Positions 51,491 through 64,000 of a DNA stretch of 64,000 bases are shown piece by piece (position 1 is the stretch's first letter; each line of letters begins with the position of its first letter). The notes under the pieces are model-generated. The model did no database searches, was not told the DNA's origin, and worked only from the letters and a program-made list of their open reading frames with translations. The position numbers and the translations under genes were made by a program. Source of the DNA: Batkoa obscura (taxonomy: Eukaryota); the NCBI GenBank assembly GCA_030770535.1, contig JASVEC010000003.1, positions 1,054,001-1,118,000 of the forward strand, in the 5' to 3' direction.

Positions 51491-54400
51491 TTAAGCTAAC
51501 TTTTTTAAATAGTAGTCAAATTCTTTAGCAGATTGCACAAACCCTAGATTGGCGTTTCCTGTGTTTTTGCGAATAAAGTCAACAAAAGCCTGATAAAAAC
51601 TATTAAACAATCTTGTATACTTAAATTAGAACTTACGTCTGAAAACCCGCTTATACGAGATACCATGATAAGACGAGCTTTGAGATTTTCAACATAAGCC
51701 TTTCTTTCTTTTTCTTTCCCTTCAAATACATAAAAGGTAGAATGACGGCCTAAATAGTCTCCTACATGTGTGCTGATCAATGGTATTATTGAAGTCAAAG
51801 TCGCTATAAAAAATAAACAATTGGTCGAAATTTTATAAAGTATAATTACATTGCAAGTTGCTTAAGTACTCGCTCAATAGTCCTTTTCTACCAGTAAGCT
51901 TACTTATATACCTATTCCTACAATGTGGCAAATTTTTTGAATTGTAAGTTTCATAGCTGTTTAATTGCAATCCCTGGTAATAATGTTATAAAAAAATCAA
52001 ATAAAAATATAATTAAAATTACATTAACAATCATATCAACAGTAATTCCTTCAGGGTTGTAAATCATCGTATCTATATTAAAAATGGCATCACAAACCGA
52101 TAGTAATGAGCCAAATGTTTCTGAAAATATATTAATCATCTCAATCATTGAAATAGGTTCACGGAACGCTAAATATTTATTAATATAAGTAGTTAAATTG
52201 CGTTAAAATGAACTCACATATTAACCTATTGTTGATGTCGGTAGCATCAATGCTTAAAGAATAATTCATGGCCATAGGGCTTGCAAGTTGTGCCGCTACA
52301 TATCAAAGGTTACAAAATCAATACAATTTAATAATTAAATTACCAAAATCAGCTCCGAGACAATAAACAGCTGCAAGATAATCTGAAACTTTCGCTATAA
52401 TCTGTCCAGCTTTAACTTCTGTTTTTAATATGCTTTCTTCATATAAATTGAAGCCTATTAAAATATTTAGTTTAATACTCATATACTTAAACTATGCATT
52501 ACTATCTTTATCTGTGCCTATACATTTTATGTTACTTGTCCAATTTCTATTACTGCAAAATTGTTTATAAAAGTAAATTATTTCCATGTGATATGCAAGA
52601 AAAACCTGTTGACCCTATAATATTTGCTTAAAAAAAATAAAAATAAGAAAAAACTATTGATTACATAAGTAGCTCCACGGCCGCCTCTAAAGAACCAGAA
52701 TATTAACTCTAAAGTAGTTTCCAGAAGTGTTAACTTTTCTAGTGATGTTCTATCATTGATTTTAAGGATTGACATGAATAATCTTGTATGATTTTGGAAT
52801 TTTGCAGAAACCTAACTTTGTTAATTATTGCATAAAATAATTGTTAGATTTACCTTTGTAGCTACCTCATTCACATTTTCTCCACAACCAGATAAAATCA
52901 CATTTAAAAGAGTTAACAGTGGAGTTAAATATTGATAAGTTAAATCTCTTTCACGTTCTGAAAATATAAGTATAACTGTAAATATTGATAAATATTATTT
53001 TACCGTTATTAGGGTTAGCTAACTCATTTTCAAATGGGTGGATAACATCAAATAACCACAGTACAGTATCATTATTTCTACTTTGGTTAACTTCGATCAA
53101 TGGGAAAATCAATTCGAGGATCTTTACTTTAGCTAAATAAAACTCTAAGGCGACATCTACATCTTTATGGCTTAATAAACTTTTTATATCACTAATAAGC
53201 GAATTGACTAAGAATGAAAACATCCAATCTTGGTTTAAAATTATATCCAGAAATGTAGTATCCTGCTTTAGCCTAAAAATTTTAATCAAAAGACCCATAA
53301 ACTCTAATGCTGGGAGTGAAAATTTAGAATCATGTGATATATCTCCAATGAGCTGAGTGATAAGAGAAGTTTTCTGTTCAGTTGTAAGGTAAAGGTCAAA
53401 GAAATCACCCTTATGATCTGATGGCATCTTTGGTAAAAAGTTTGGAAATGCTTGATAAAATTCTAAATAATCCTTAATAGTTGAATATATGATGGCTCGT
53501 GATCCTTGATTTAGGTTCATTGATGTAATTAAAATTAGCTGTTTCCAAATATCTCCAAGTGTTTGAACTAATTCATGGTACTTGTTGGTAATCAGATCAT
53601 TTACTATATCCTGCCTTTTCACAGACAATTTGTATTCTTTAAATAATTTTCTGATTATGCTACCAATCAAAGAAATTAGTTTAAAAACAACTTCTTGGTT
53701 ATATACTTTTTGAACTTTGATTACTAAGTGTTTCAAAATTTCAATCAACATATCACTTTGTTCATCATAAGCGATTCGATTAAACTGACGTGATAAAATT
53801 AAATCTATAGTATCACACCAACTTGTTATCGCTTCAATTTGTACTAACTCATGCTTGGATTTACTTTCGTTGCCTTGGATGTATATTTTAAACAAATCCT
53901 TTGAGCGGTTAAACCATTCATCATCTCCTCCAAAAGCAGTATTAAGACACTGATCCTTAAACTTTAAGACTACAGCATGAGCTGTCATTGAGTCTATATA
54001 TTCTGAACTATCTCCTTCACTAGCTTTAAAAGCATCTTGTGAAACATTTTCAATAAACTTATTTAAACCGGCTTGATCATGCTCAGAAAGTATATATGAG
54101 TTATATCTAGTTTGAATCTCACCAAATAAAATGTAAAATGCTCTTAATATATTCATTTTAGGTGATTCGTCTGTATTATTATAAGGCTTGGAATTTATTG
54201 GTTTACTAAACCAGTTTTCAATAGCTGACATTACTTCATTTGAGTCGCCATTTAATGAAACGAACCTGCTGATTATTTTGAATAAACAGGCTTTAGCAAT
54301 ATTCGAATTTATAGCAAGCTCAGTGGAGACAGGGAAAGATGAGCCATCTAAAGATAAATTACTATCACCATAAATAGGCTGGGTATGAAATGCTGATATC

Positions 54401-57400
54401 ATAGGACCATGTCTTGAGAAAAATCCGGAATTGATAAGGAAAGTAAATGCGTAAAGACAAGTTTGTTCTAAAGCACATAATTTAGCTAGAATTTGATATC
54501 CAGCTGAAAATATTTCGGAATTTAAATCAATTCTCACAGCTTGTTTCGTGTTAGTAAATATTTGGAATGTAGGAAGGAATTCGTCTAATAGCTTAATCAA
54601 GGCAGATAACAGCGCGTCATTTTTTGGTATAAGTGTTCTGATCCCGTTAACCATATTACCGGAGTCATTGTAGCCTAGTAAAAATAAACCTGATTTGTAG
54701 GTTTTATCATTTAATGATCTTAATATAGGCTTAAAAATCTCAAGTGCTGTCTTGTTATAATCGTTGTTCCACATATATGGGTTATCATCGATATTATTTC
54801 TTTGTTCATATGATTGAGATTGAGGCAATGTTTCATAGAGTATTCTATTTCTATACGCTTCTATAATCTTATCACTATATTTATAGTTCCATAAAGAATC
54901 TGAAATCAATTGTGTACTCCTTACAGTATTGTCTTTTGGATTTGGGATTACTACGTTATTAAGCAATTGGATGGCATTATATGAAATATCTTGATCATTA
55001 GATTCAATAAAACTAGAAATAGTGTCAAACAGTTGATTAAAGTCTAATAACAGTAGTATGTCGTGAATGCTTTTAATTGTAGTTGGATTTATAATGTTTT
55101 TTTTGACATTATATTTCGCAACTTCTAGGTTTAATGAGTTGATAATAGAAGGCTGTAAGTTAAACGCAATATTCAAAATTCTCAAACTGTTTGTAACACA
55201 ATTATAAAGCTCTGGATAGTATACTTTTGTGGTTCCTCTTAAATGTTCTTGGCTAAAATTCAAAGTGTTTACTAAGGCGGTTACAAGCGATCTATTATAA
55301 AATAATCCACAAATAACTTCAAAAGCAGGATGAGATAATAAAAATTCAATATTAGTTTTTCCATTCATATTAAAATTGAATACATCCATAAAATTTGCAG
55401 ATTTGCTATAGTAAGCTACTAATGCTTCGAATTCAAGTAAAAGGGTTAGCATTATGTCAGTGCAGTTGGATAATATTTCCCATATTTGATTTGTATCACT
55501 AATTTTTTTGTCAAAAACACTTGTAAAGACATTTAAAATCAATTGAATATAATGTGAAATACCAGGTGCTGGTCTAGTGTCATATCCAAGGTTATAAGGG
55601 ATAGTATCGTTGATTTTATAATTTTCTTTAGAACTCATGCCATCATCAATTCTTATAAGCCCATTAATCAGTTTACAGAAGGATATAGTTTCACCAACAT
55701 TCAAAATACCACCTTTTTTAAGTGGGAATGTGTTTCCTATGTTTTCGCAAAAGAATGGTGCGTTCCTTCCGTCAAGCGACACCATTTCCATTGAATCGAT
55801 CATCTGCCATATGGGATAAGTAGCGGCATATCTTTCATTACCGAGAGGAATAGTAAATGAGTAGAATAATTCCATAGCCAAAGATTTAAGCCAGTTCTCA
55901 TGTGGCTGAATCAAAAATACCTTAAAATATTCAATAACTATTTTTCCTTTAATAGATGTAAGTAATTGGCGAATCAATGGAAGGGAAGATACAAGTTTAA
56001 TTAATATACGAATTTCGTTTTTGAGATATATTTGCATAGATTGTACTTCTTTGGTTGGTAACGATTTTATTTTTATAAGGTAATTATCATTAAGCAAATT
56101 GACATAATTTTTAATGTTTTTTGTTGAACCAATCAAATTGATCTGATTTTGTAAATTATCACCTTCATGTTGACCGTTAATCATGCTGCTTCTTGCAAGG
56201 TATTTAAGAACGTACTCTGAGCTCTTTATTCCATTGGAAAGTGAAATTAGAGAATCTTTAAAAGAAACACTTAACCTGAATGAGCGAATGTTGGATACTA
56301 ATTTAATATAATTGCTACCGGAATTGTTATTATTGAAAATGAATTGTTCTGATAAGCTTGGTTGATTGTTATATACCAAAGCAATTAAATTGTGATATCC
56401 TTCTGTGATAAAATATGTAGTATCATTGTCATATGCTTGTGTTGAGCCGTTCCTATTTAAATTACTAAACCTACTTTGATGATGATGGTATTCGTCATCT
56501 GACCTAGTTGGGTAAATATCATCTGCAGGCGGCTTAAGCATTAGATTACGATCTTCCATATTAAGAACACTTTCCATAATTGAATGTAAGCTTGATTGAA
56601 ACATCCGAATAAAAGAATCCAAACAATTTAATAAAACTGGCTTAAATTCATCTTCACATCGATCCAATACAATTTTTGAACATACCCCTAATTGCTTCAA
56701 CTCTGTGTTAGGAAAAACTATTTCAAAAGGATTGTCATAGCAAATCATATTTTCATACCCATAAGGGAGTTGGGTGAGTACGTTTGAAATTTCCAGTGGG
56801 CTAAAAAAATTTAATGAGATAAAGTTAAAAGGGCCACAGGACAATGATTCCATAAATTCTTCTGTTAACTTTTGAAAGTTAAAATCCAAACCACTAATGT
56901 TATTACCATTTTCCGCTGCTATTCTTTTGGTGAAAATATGAAGAAAACAAGTGACACAAGCTGCTGCTCTAGCCATTTTCCATGGGTTTTCACGTAACAA
57001 GTTACTAAGGGTCAAGGCATAGTTTATTTCCTCATTTGCTGGAAATGCGGATGTACTTATTCTATTTATAGAGCATAACAATGTGGTAAATAAATGTAAG
57101 AATCTAGTATCTACTGTTGTAAAAGCACCCAAATAGTTAGCTATCTTAGCAAATGAATCAAAATCAAATTTATGATGGACTAAAATGAAATGAATAATTC
57201 TACAAATCGTCTGCCTTTCTTTTTGTACAAATCCAAACATTTTTATATTCATTTCATCTGTACATTGCTCGCTTCCATTTTCTGGGCTCATTGGACCCAA
57301 CATTTCAAACAAATGATGAACTACTTCTTTAAATTGAGAGGTATTTAAATATGCTTCTACAAATAAATTAAACTGTTCACGAAGTGGATGGCTTGAATCA

Positions 57401-57771
57401 ACATAAGAATTATTGAGTATATACTCAATGATACCCAACTTGTAGCTCCTTTCTCTATAAAACAATTCTATTGCTACATATATATCACCTACCTTACCAG
57501 GTACTTCATCAGCTGATTTCATTAAAAGCTCAGCTGCATAACTTAAATCAATTTCGATTTTTTGGGATATGGCTTCTGCCAAATCTTTCGTATCTCCATT
57601 TACTACTATTTCTCCATCAATTCCATTAAAATCTGATGGAAAAGATAATGAGGCAAGTTCATTTTCAAGCTGTCTACCTAAAAGATCTTGTTGTTGAAAA
57701 TCAGACCTTTCACTGTTTTTTAAAAGAAAATATAAATCTTTATATTTTTGAAGATCAAAGCCTTTATACAT
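51491..57771 (-). CDS. NUP192: Nucleoporin Nup192/Nup205-like scaffold protein; 4.8-kb first coding exon plus several small 3' exons
   Basis: About 1900-aa helical protein with ELFYRERSYKL, IPYNLGYDTRPAPGISHYIQLI and HPAFEVICGLF resembling Nup192/205 conserved blocks; last exon AFVDFIRK...KKLA* is inferred. Confidence 0.7.
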
Positions 57772-58683
57772 AATTTCTATAAGTAAGCTATTAATAATAA
57801 TTCATTAATAAAATTTGAACTTACATTTATAAAGTTAAATTTATATTCAATCGTAACTATTATGTAAAAAGTAAAATTTTATCGTTTTAGTTATCGAGTT
57901 TTCCTGAGATTTATCATTGTAAATTGATTTTTCTGTCTTATTGGATCAATAACAAAAGTAGCATTTAGAATATAATTGGCTTATGGAAAATTTTAGCTCA
58001 TATTGACCTATCATTTTCAACCAATTAAAATAAAGTAATTCCAGTAGTATTATTTTTTCGGACTCTTCCAAATAGAAATTATGAAAGTAAATGTCCCCGT
58101 CATATCAAATCATAGAGCTGCTTTGGAGTTAAACGAGTTAAATGGTTATCTGGAGCATCCCGAATTCAAGCAAGAATAAAGATTGACTTTAAATCAACTC
58201 TTCAACAATCAAGCAATGAGTGTATTTTTTGTATTTATTCATAATAACCCAAATTATGAGTTTTTGTAAATATTTAATGTTATTTTTGTCATTTTGCTCC
58301 TTCTATTTCCAGGTTACTAAAATAGCTAATCTGAGTTGCATTACATAGCCTTAGCATTTTTTATTTGCTAATCTAGTGATACAGATGTATAGATATTAGG
58401 GTCTATTTGTGTAAAGACCATTATTAAAGCTTCAAAATCAACAAAAATACTGTTCTTTTATCGAATGGCCTATATTTTAATTAATTTGTATTTAAATTAA
58501 AATAAATTAAATAGATCTTTATTATAACAATATTAAATTTTAAACTATATGATTGTAAATTTCAGAATCAAACCTATTTGCTTATTAACAAATGCTATTC
58601 ACAAAAACCAGCCCACTTGGGCTAATTTTCAAGTAATTAGAACTGGGTCAAATAGTGATTGATTTGATCCTAGTTTTTTATAT

Positions 58684-58780
58684 GGAGGTGTTTTTTTTGG
58701 CTTCATCACTTTTTCCATCTTTTAAGCGCTATTTGAGTGGAAAAATTGCTATTAAAATTCTTAAACAAAAATACATCCCC
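58684..58780 (+). mobile_element. MITE copy
   Basis: ATAT-GGAGGTGT...ACATCCCC-ATAT. Confidence 0.9.
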
Positions 58781-59063
58781 ATATTATACTTATCAATATC
58801 CCAAATATATACAAAATAACAGGAAGAAATATTTGAAAAATATTCAAAAAAAGTTAGTTTTATTTTAATTTATTTAAAATAATATAAGTAAAAATTGATT
58901 GAGCTATATATATTAAAATACAACCAGCCTAAATGATACAATTCAGCCTATTGAAGCTAATCATATTATATTTAATAAATTTATTAATTTTTATTTATAT
59001 TATTTTAAACAGAAAAATATAAAAAACAATTATAGCAGCTATACCAAAGATCAGTTTATATAT

Positions 59064-59162
59064 GGTGGTGTTTTTTTTGGCTTCATCACTTTTTCTATCT
59101 TTTAAGCGCTATTTGAGCGGAAAGATTGCTAGTAAAATTCTTAAACACAAAAATACACCCCC
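59064..59162 (+). mobile_element. MITE copy
   Basis: ATAT-GGTGGTGT...ACACCCCC-ATAT. Confidence 0.9.
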
Positions 59163-59798
59163 ATATATATTAAAAATATTAATAAATATGATATAAAAAA
59201 CTAAAATTAGATTATTTATCATTTGATCTAGTTTTAATTACTTAAAATTAACTTATTCAATCTGGTTTTTAAAAATAAGATTTATTAATAATATAATTAA
59301 AAATAATGTTAATTATTATTATTATAAATATATTAAATAGTTGTTTAGGTATATATGGTACTTTTTTATAATAATCTACAATAATTATTATATAAAAATG
59401 TCTAAATTAATTTTGTTTTTTTATTTAATTTTTAAATATTTTATATTTTAAAAACTTTGCTTAAAATTTTATAAAAATAAATTTTTTATCAAAAAACAAG
59501 TATTTAATACAGTTTTAAATTATTTCATTACAATCTATATTGTAAATTAGCAGAATTTTTACTAAATTTAACAGAAATTCCCAGATTGATAAGGCTTTTA
59601 CTAATATAACCTATATATTGATATTAATCAAAGTTATAGTATGTAAATAAATACAAATTCCTATAAAACTTTATTGAGAAATATGTATTACTAATTGCTC
59701 TATAGCCAATATTGCAGATTTGCTATCAAATAAATAAATAATTGCACAAAAAGGAACAGTTAGCCTTAAAACTATAATTAACTATCTTTATATAATAT

Positions 59799-59897
59799 GG
59801 GGATGTATTTTTGTGTTTAAGAATTTTACTAACAATCTTTCCACTCAAATAGCGCTTGAAAGATAGAAAAAATAATGAATCCAAAAGAAACACCCCC
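59799..59897 (-). mobile_element. MITE inserted in Sola2 copy 3
   Basis: ATAT-GGGGATGT...ACACCCCC-ATAT; the equivalent empty site in copies 1 and 2 is ACAC. Confidence 0.9.
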
Positions 59898-60374
59898 ATA
59901 TAAGCAATATAATAGTAGCTTTTATTTATTGTTATAGTTCTTTATTTTTTGATTATTTATTAACTCAATTATTAATAACTTAAATAATATTAATATTTAA
60001 TAATTGGTTTCTATTGTTTAATAAACTACTTACTTACTCAGTAAATATTTAAACTTTTAAACTTTTAATTATTTTTGCAAAATAAACTGGGGCTGATTTT
60101 TTAATCTTTTAATTTTCCATAAACTTTATAACTTTAATTGGAATTATATCGCTTTTTTTAATCTATCAAATACTAAACAATAATGCAGTTTATTATCATA
60201 CTTAATGAAATATAAATACCTTTTAATACTTTGTATCTTTACTATTTTATTTACATTTTTGTTTTTTTTATACTTTTAAAAATTATATCTGTTTTTCTAT
60301 TATTAACAGTTAAGTTATTAGTTTTATTATGTTTATAAATAAAAATCTTGAAATTAGTTGATTAATGTATGAGG

Positions 60375-60838
60375 TGTGAAAGTTGATACTCAGTGGTTGG
60401 AGTTAAAAGTAGTTTTTGGTTGATTAACTAGCCTTGAGTCGAGCGGTCTTAGTTTATATAACTAACATAGACTTAAATTAGTAAGAATAGTATGTAGTAA
60501 GCTACGAATTATGTAAAGCAAATAGAATAGACAATACTACTGTAAAACCTACGTAAGATATTGTCAGAAAAACTTAGTGGCTTTATTAATAGTACAATAT
60601 CAGAGAGTAATTCAGTTAAAAAGCCTCGAGTTATCATATTGAAGAATCTCTTTTATACTCCAACAAATATGGATATCAAAATGAGAAGATAATACTCTTT
60701 GCAATATGAGGTTATAAATTCTTGCAGCAAATCAAAATAAGAGACTCTGACTTGATTGTGTTTGAACTTAAGAGCACAGCAACTTAAGTGATTGTTGTGT
60801 TATAATCAATCCCAGAGCTAATAAACCAATATTTCACA
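60375..60838 (-). mobile_element. Solo LTR (464 bp) in Sola2 copy 3
   Basis: TGTGAAAG...TTTCACA; reverse complement resembles 770-1232 along its length; no TSD. Confidence 0.75.
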
Positions 60839-61864
60839 CTTATTATTTTATTATTTTTTAAATATAAAATACCAAAACTTAGTATTGATATAACTTGTTT
60901 ATTATAATAATCTAAATTTATTGGATCTGGTTTTATTCTTATTTTTATATTCTATTTAAAGTTTAAAATTATTATATAACTTCTATTATTGAATTCTTTA
61001 ATAGTTTTATTAAATATATTTTATTAAATATTAACATAAAATTTATCTAATTTATCTAATTTTTTTCTAACTGTATACTGGGCATATATATTATATAAAT
61101 CTGTTTTTCTTACTGCATTTTTAAACTTACTTGACATATATTTAAAAAATATTAACCTAGCTATTGCTTTATTTTTTAAATTATTAAAATATTTACTATA
61201 TATTATTTAATAAATATCTATTACCATTATTTTTTTTAAAATCTTAACAAAATAATTAAATTATTAAGTAAATATTGTATAATAATTTTAATTTGCTCGT
61301 TTTTAATTTTTTTTGTATTTTTAATAATAAGTTATAATATTTATATTTTATTGTTATTAGTTATTTTTAAATAATTATATTGATTTCTACTTATATTAAA
61401 TCCAAAACTTTTACATTTGTCAAAAGAATATACTGAAATTATAGTTGATAATAATGCCATTTTTTAGTTTTTGTCTCTTATTTCCTTTAAAGCATTAATT
61501 TTATATATTACTTGACTAAATTTATTATTATTAATAATAATAAACCTTAATAATCTTTCTTTTTTTTTGTTTTATTATAAGATTCCATAAATTCTAGGTT
61601 ATTATAAATAATTGTTAAAATTGATATAAATAAATTCTAATGTTTATATTATATGTTTTTCCTTATTATATTAAAATTTTAAAAAAAATGTTTTGAAGTT
61701 TGGTTATAAAAGCCTGCATTTTGTTTTTATTTTTTTATTTAAACTTCAAATTAAACAATTTATTTGAGGTAAAAAGCTGAAAGTAACATTAATTATAATA
61801 TCTGGTAAAGTGTTTAGTTTTAATGTACTCATTTTAATTTAAATAAAAAACAAAAAATGTATAT

Positions 61865-61959
61865 GGGGATGTTTTTTTGGTTTCATTACTTCCATTTTTT
61901 AAGTGTTATTTGAGCGGAAAGATTGTTAGTAAAATTCTTAAACAAAAAAATATATCCCC
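61865..61959 (+). mobile_element. MITE copy
   Basis: ATAT-GGGGATGT...ATATCCCC-AAAT (one TSD mismatch). Confidence 0.85.
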
Positions 61960-62692
61960 AAATATTATTTTATTATTTGATCATGCTTAGTTGTTTATAG
62001 TAATATAATATACTATATTATATTAAGACTAATTGATTGTTGATTTATTTATTTTATATTTGATTTATAGGTCTTTAAATAAAGTTTAATAGATATTAAT
62101 TTATATTCAAAATAATTTAAACTAATACAAGAAATAGCTACACATATATATTATTTTTATGGCTATAATGATTTATCTACTTAATCATCATAACAAGTTG
62201 TTTAATTTATGATAAATAATCTAAAAGCAATTTTATAAACTTTTATAATATTATTTTCATTTTAGAAATTTTAAAAAACCTAAATAATAAAAAATATCAA
62301 AGAAATAAACCTTTCGATATAAAAGTGAAATAAATATTTATAAAACTAGAATGCTGTTTTTAATATTTTTTTGCTATAAGATTTCCATTTTATATGTGAA
62401 TGGGAATATTATGTTATGATAATAATAACATATTATACTAAAAATTGTCCAAAGAACATTACTTTAATATAGTTAAGCTTTACAATCTAGTACAGTTCAT
62501 AAGAAATACTCTAAGACAACTTGTCTTTCAAAAGTAACTTCTGATATTCATTGAAATTCTTTAAGAAAATTTATTGGAATACTACTTTTATATTGAGTAA
62601 TAAATATTGTGAAATAAACTTAAAATAAATAAATAAACCAAGGTTACCAAAAAATGGAATACTTATATCCTGTACTATAATACAATTTTATT

Positions 62693-63791
62693 CTATTCGA
62701 GCTTTGGCTTTTTACTTTCTTCATTATCAGTGTTTGCTAACTCAAGTGCATGTATGGCCATGTTCAAAGCACCTTGCTTAGTTTTATTACCTAAAAATAC
62801 ATAAGAACCAACTAACAAATAAATAAAACTTTCTTACCTCCAATAAATCCTGAAGCATGAACAAAGATGCATTGTGGAATATCGGACTTGGCACTTAAAT
62901 CGTCATCTCTAACCCCACGCCACTCTTCTGGGAGAGGTAATCTTGATTGGAAGGATCCCTGTTGGACTGGAATACATTGTACTCTATAAGAGCTTCCGAT
63001 TTCATCATGATAAATAACATAAGTTAATTGATCACCTAAGTTTAACTCTTTTTCTAATGTAAACACGTGGTCTTTCCATGGGCAATAATCTTCAAAAACA
63101 ACAATTTTACCAGAACTATGATAATCAAAACGTTTGTTAATAGCTTCTAATACAATATCTCTACCTGGAAGCCATGCTAAACCATAATACTTAACTCTAT
63201 CAATAAATTCAGAACCTGCTAACTCAGTAGCAGAAACAAAGCGTTGGTCTAAGTCAGTTTGAGGTTGATTCCAATAAGGTAAAAGGTGACCTACACGAGA
63301 AGGTAAATTGGTACTTTCATAATATTTTGGCGTAAGTGTTGTTTCATACTTTTCAACTCCGTTATCAATGGCATCTAAAGCATGAATAAAATTTTCATAT
63401 ATTTTTTGAAATAATAATTCAACTTTTGAGTCATTAATGTCTAAATCTAAAGTTTGAGAGATAATTCTCTTTCCAAAATGCTTGTATACTAAACCGGCTG
63501 AACTGAGTCTGGTGGTGTAATCGGAACTAAAAGTATCTTTGAATTCACGTTGATGATGATCATAACGATGAGTGGAAGCGTCATAAACACCTCCTACGTC
63601 TACTACGACATCACATTGTTCTAATACTTTTGGATCTCTTGAACGGACTACTTCAGCTTGTTTATACTCTGGGAGCTGTTTTAACATGTAGACAGCTAAT
63701 GCTTCATCACAATGAAAGGTTCCGTTATGTGTACCAATCTATTATGGGTTAAATATAGTTGGATTATATAAAATATCCTTACTTTAACCAT
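62693..63791 (-). CDS. MYG1: MYG1 family (UPF0160) DHH-type exonuclease; 3 exons
   Basis: MVK|IGTHNGTFHCDEALA, VVDVGG, YDHHQR, LSSAGLVYKHFG, DAIDNG, PWKDH, LPEEWRG, FVHASGFIGG|NKT. Confidence 0.95.
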
Positions 63792-64000
63792 ATTTATTTT
63801 TATAGTGCTTGTAAAATACCTTGGCTTAATAAACTATTAAAAATGAGTTGATAAAGATTGATTGTGTTTATCTTATCTTAGATTACCTTTGTAGGATCAA
63901 GTTTTAAAGGTATAGATTTTAACAATTTGAACATCTTAATTTTTGATGTTAGATTGTTGCAAATTTATTAAAAATTAAGTGATAATTTAAATTTACAAAA

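Larger units (their letters stand above)
59511..61740 (-). mobile_element. Sola2-like transposon, copy 3 (heavily decayed, TIRs not recognisable)
   Basis: Colinear with ~29110-31240 with many C->T/G->A changes; part of the catalytic core is deleted. Confidence 0.8.

Overview
Very AT-rich eukaryotic DNA with short GT-AG introns, read as fungal. It is probably an early-diverging, Entomophthoromycotina/Conidiobolus-like lineage (inference only). The window has two kinds of region. Compact housekeeping blocks hold an OPT transporter, an Iec1-like C2H2 protein, SCAP, TFB5, DUS4, an Ivy1-like I-BAR protein, profilin and CTP synthase (3.8-19 kb), a Nup192/205-like gene (51.5-57.8 kb) and MYG1 at the right end. 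Accessory blocks (0-3, 19.6-50.4 and 58-62 kb) hold one intact and six decayed F-box/LRR genes, three mini Ssh4/Ear1-like TM-SPRY-PPxY genes, a cytochrome P450 and a cysteine dioxygenase. The most notable system is a Sola2-like DDD DNA transposon in three dead copies, with 22-bp GGGG-starting TIRs and an ATAT target duplication. It comes with a ~97-bp MITE built from related ends (14 copies) and a ~380-480-bp solo LTR (5 copies, one carried as cargo inside the transposon). The repeats are decaying by C:G->T:A changes biased to CpA/TpG, which looks RIP-like and has created new ATAT targets that the MITE then used. All alignments were done by eye and no database searches were run.
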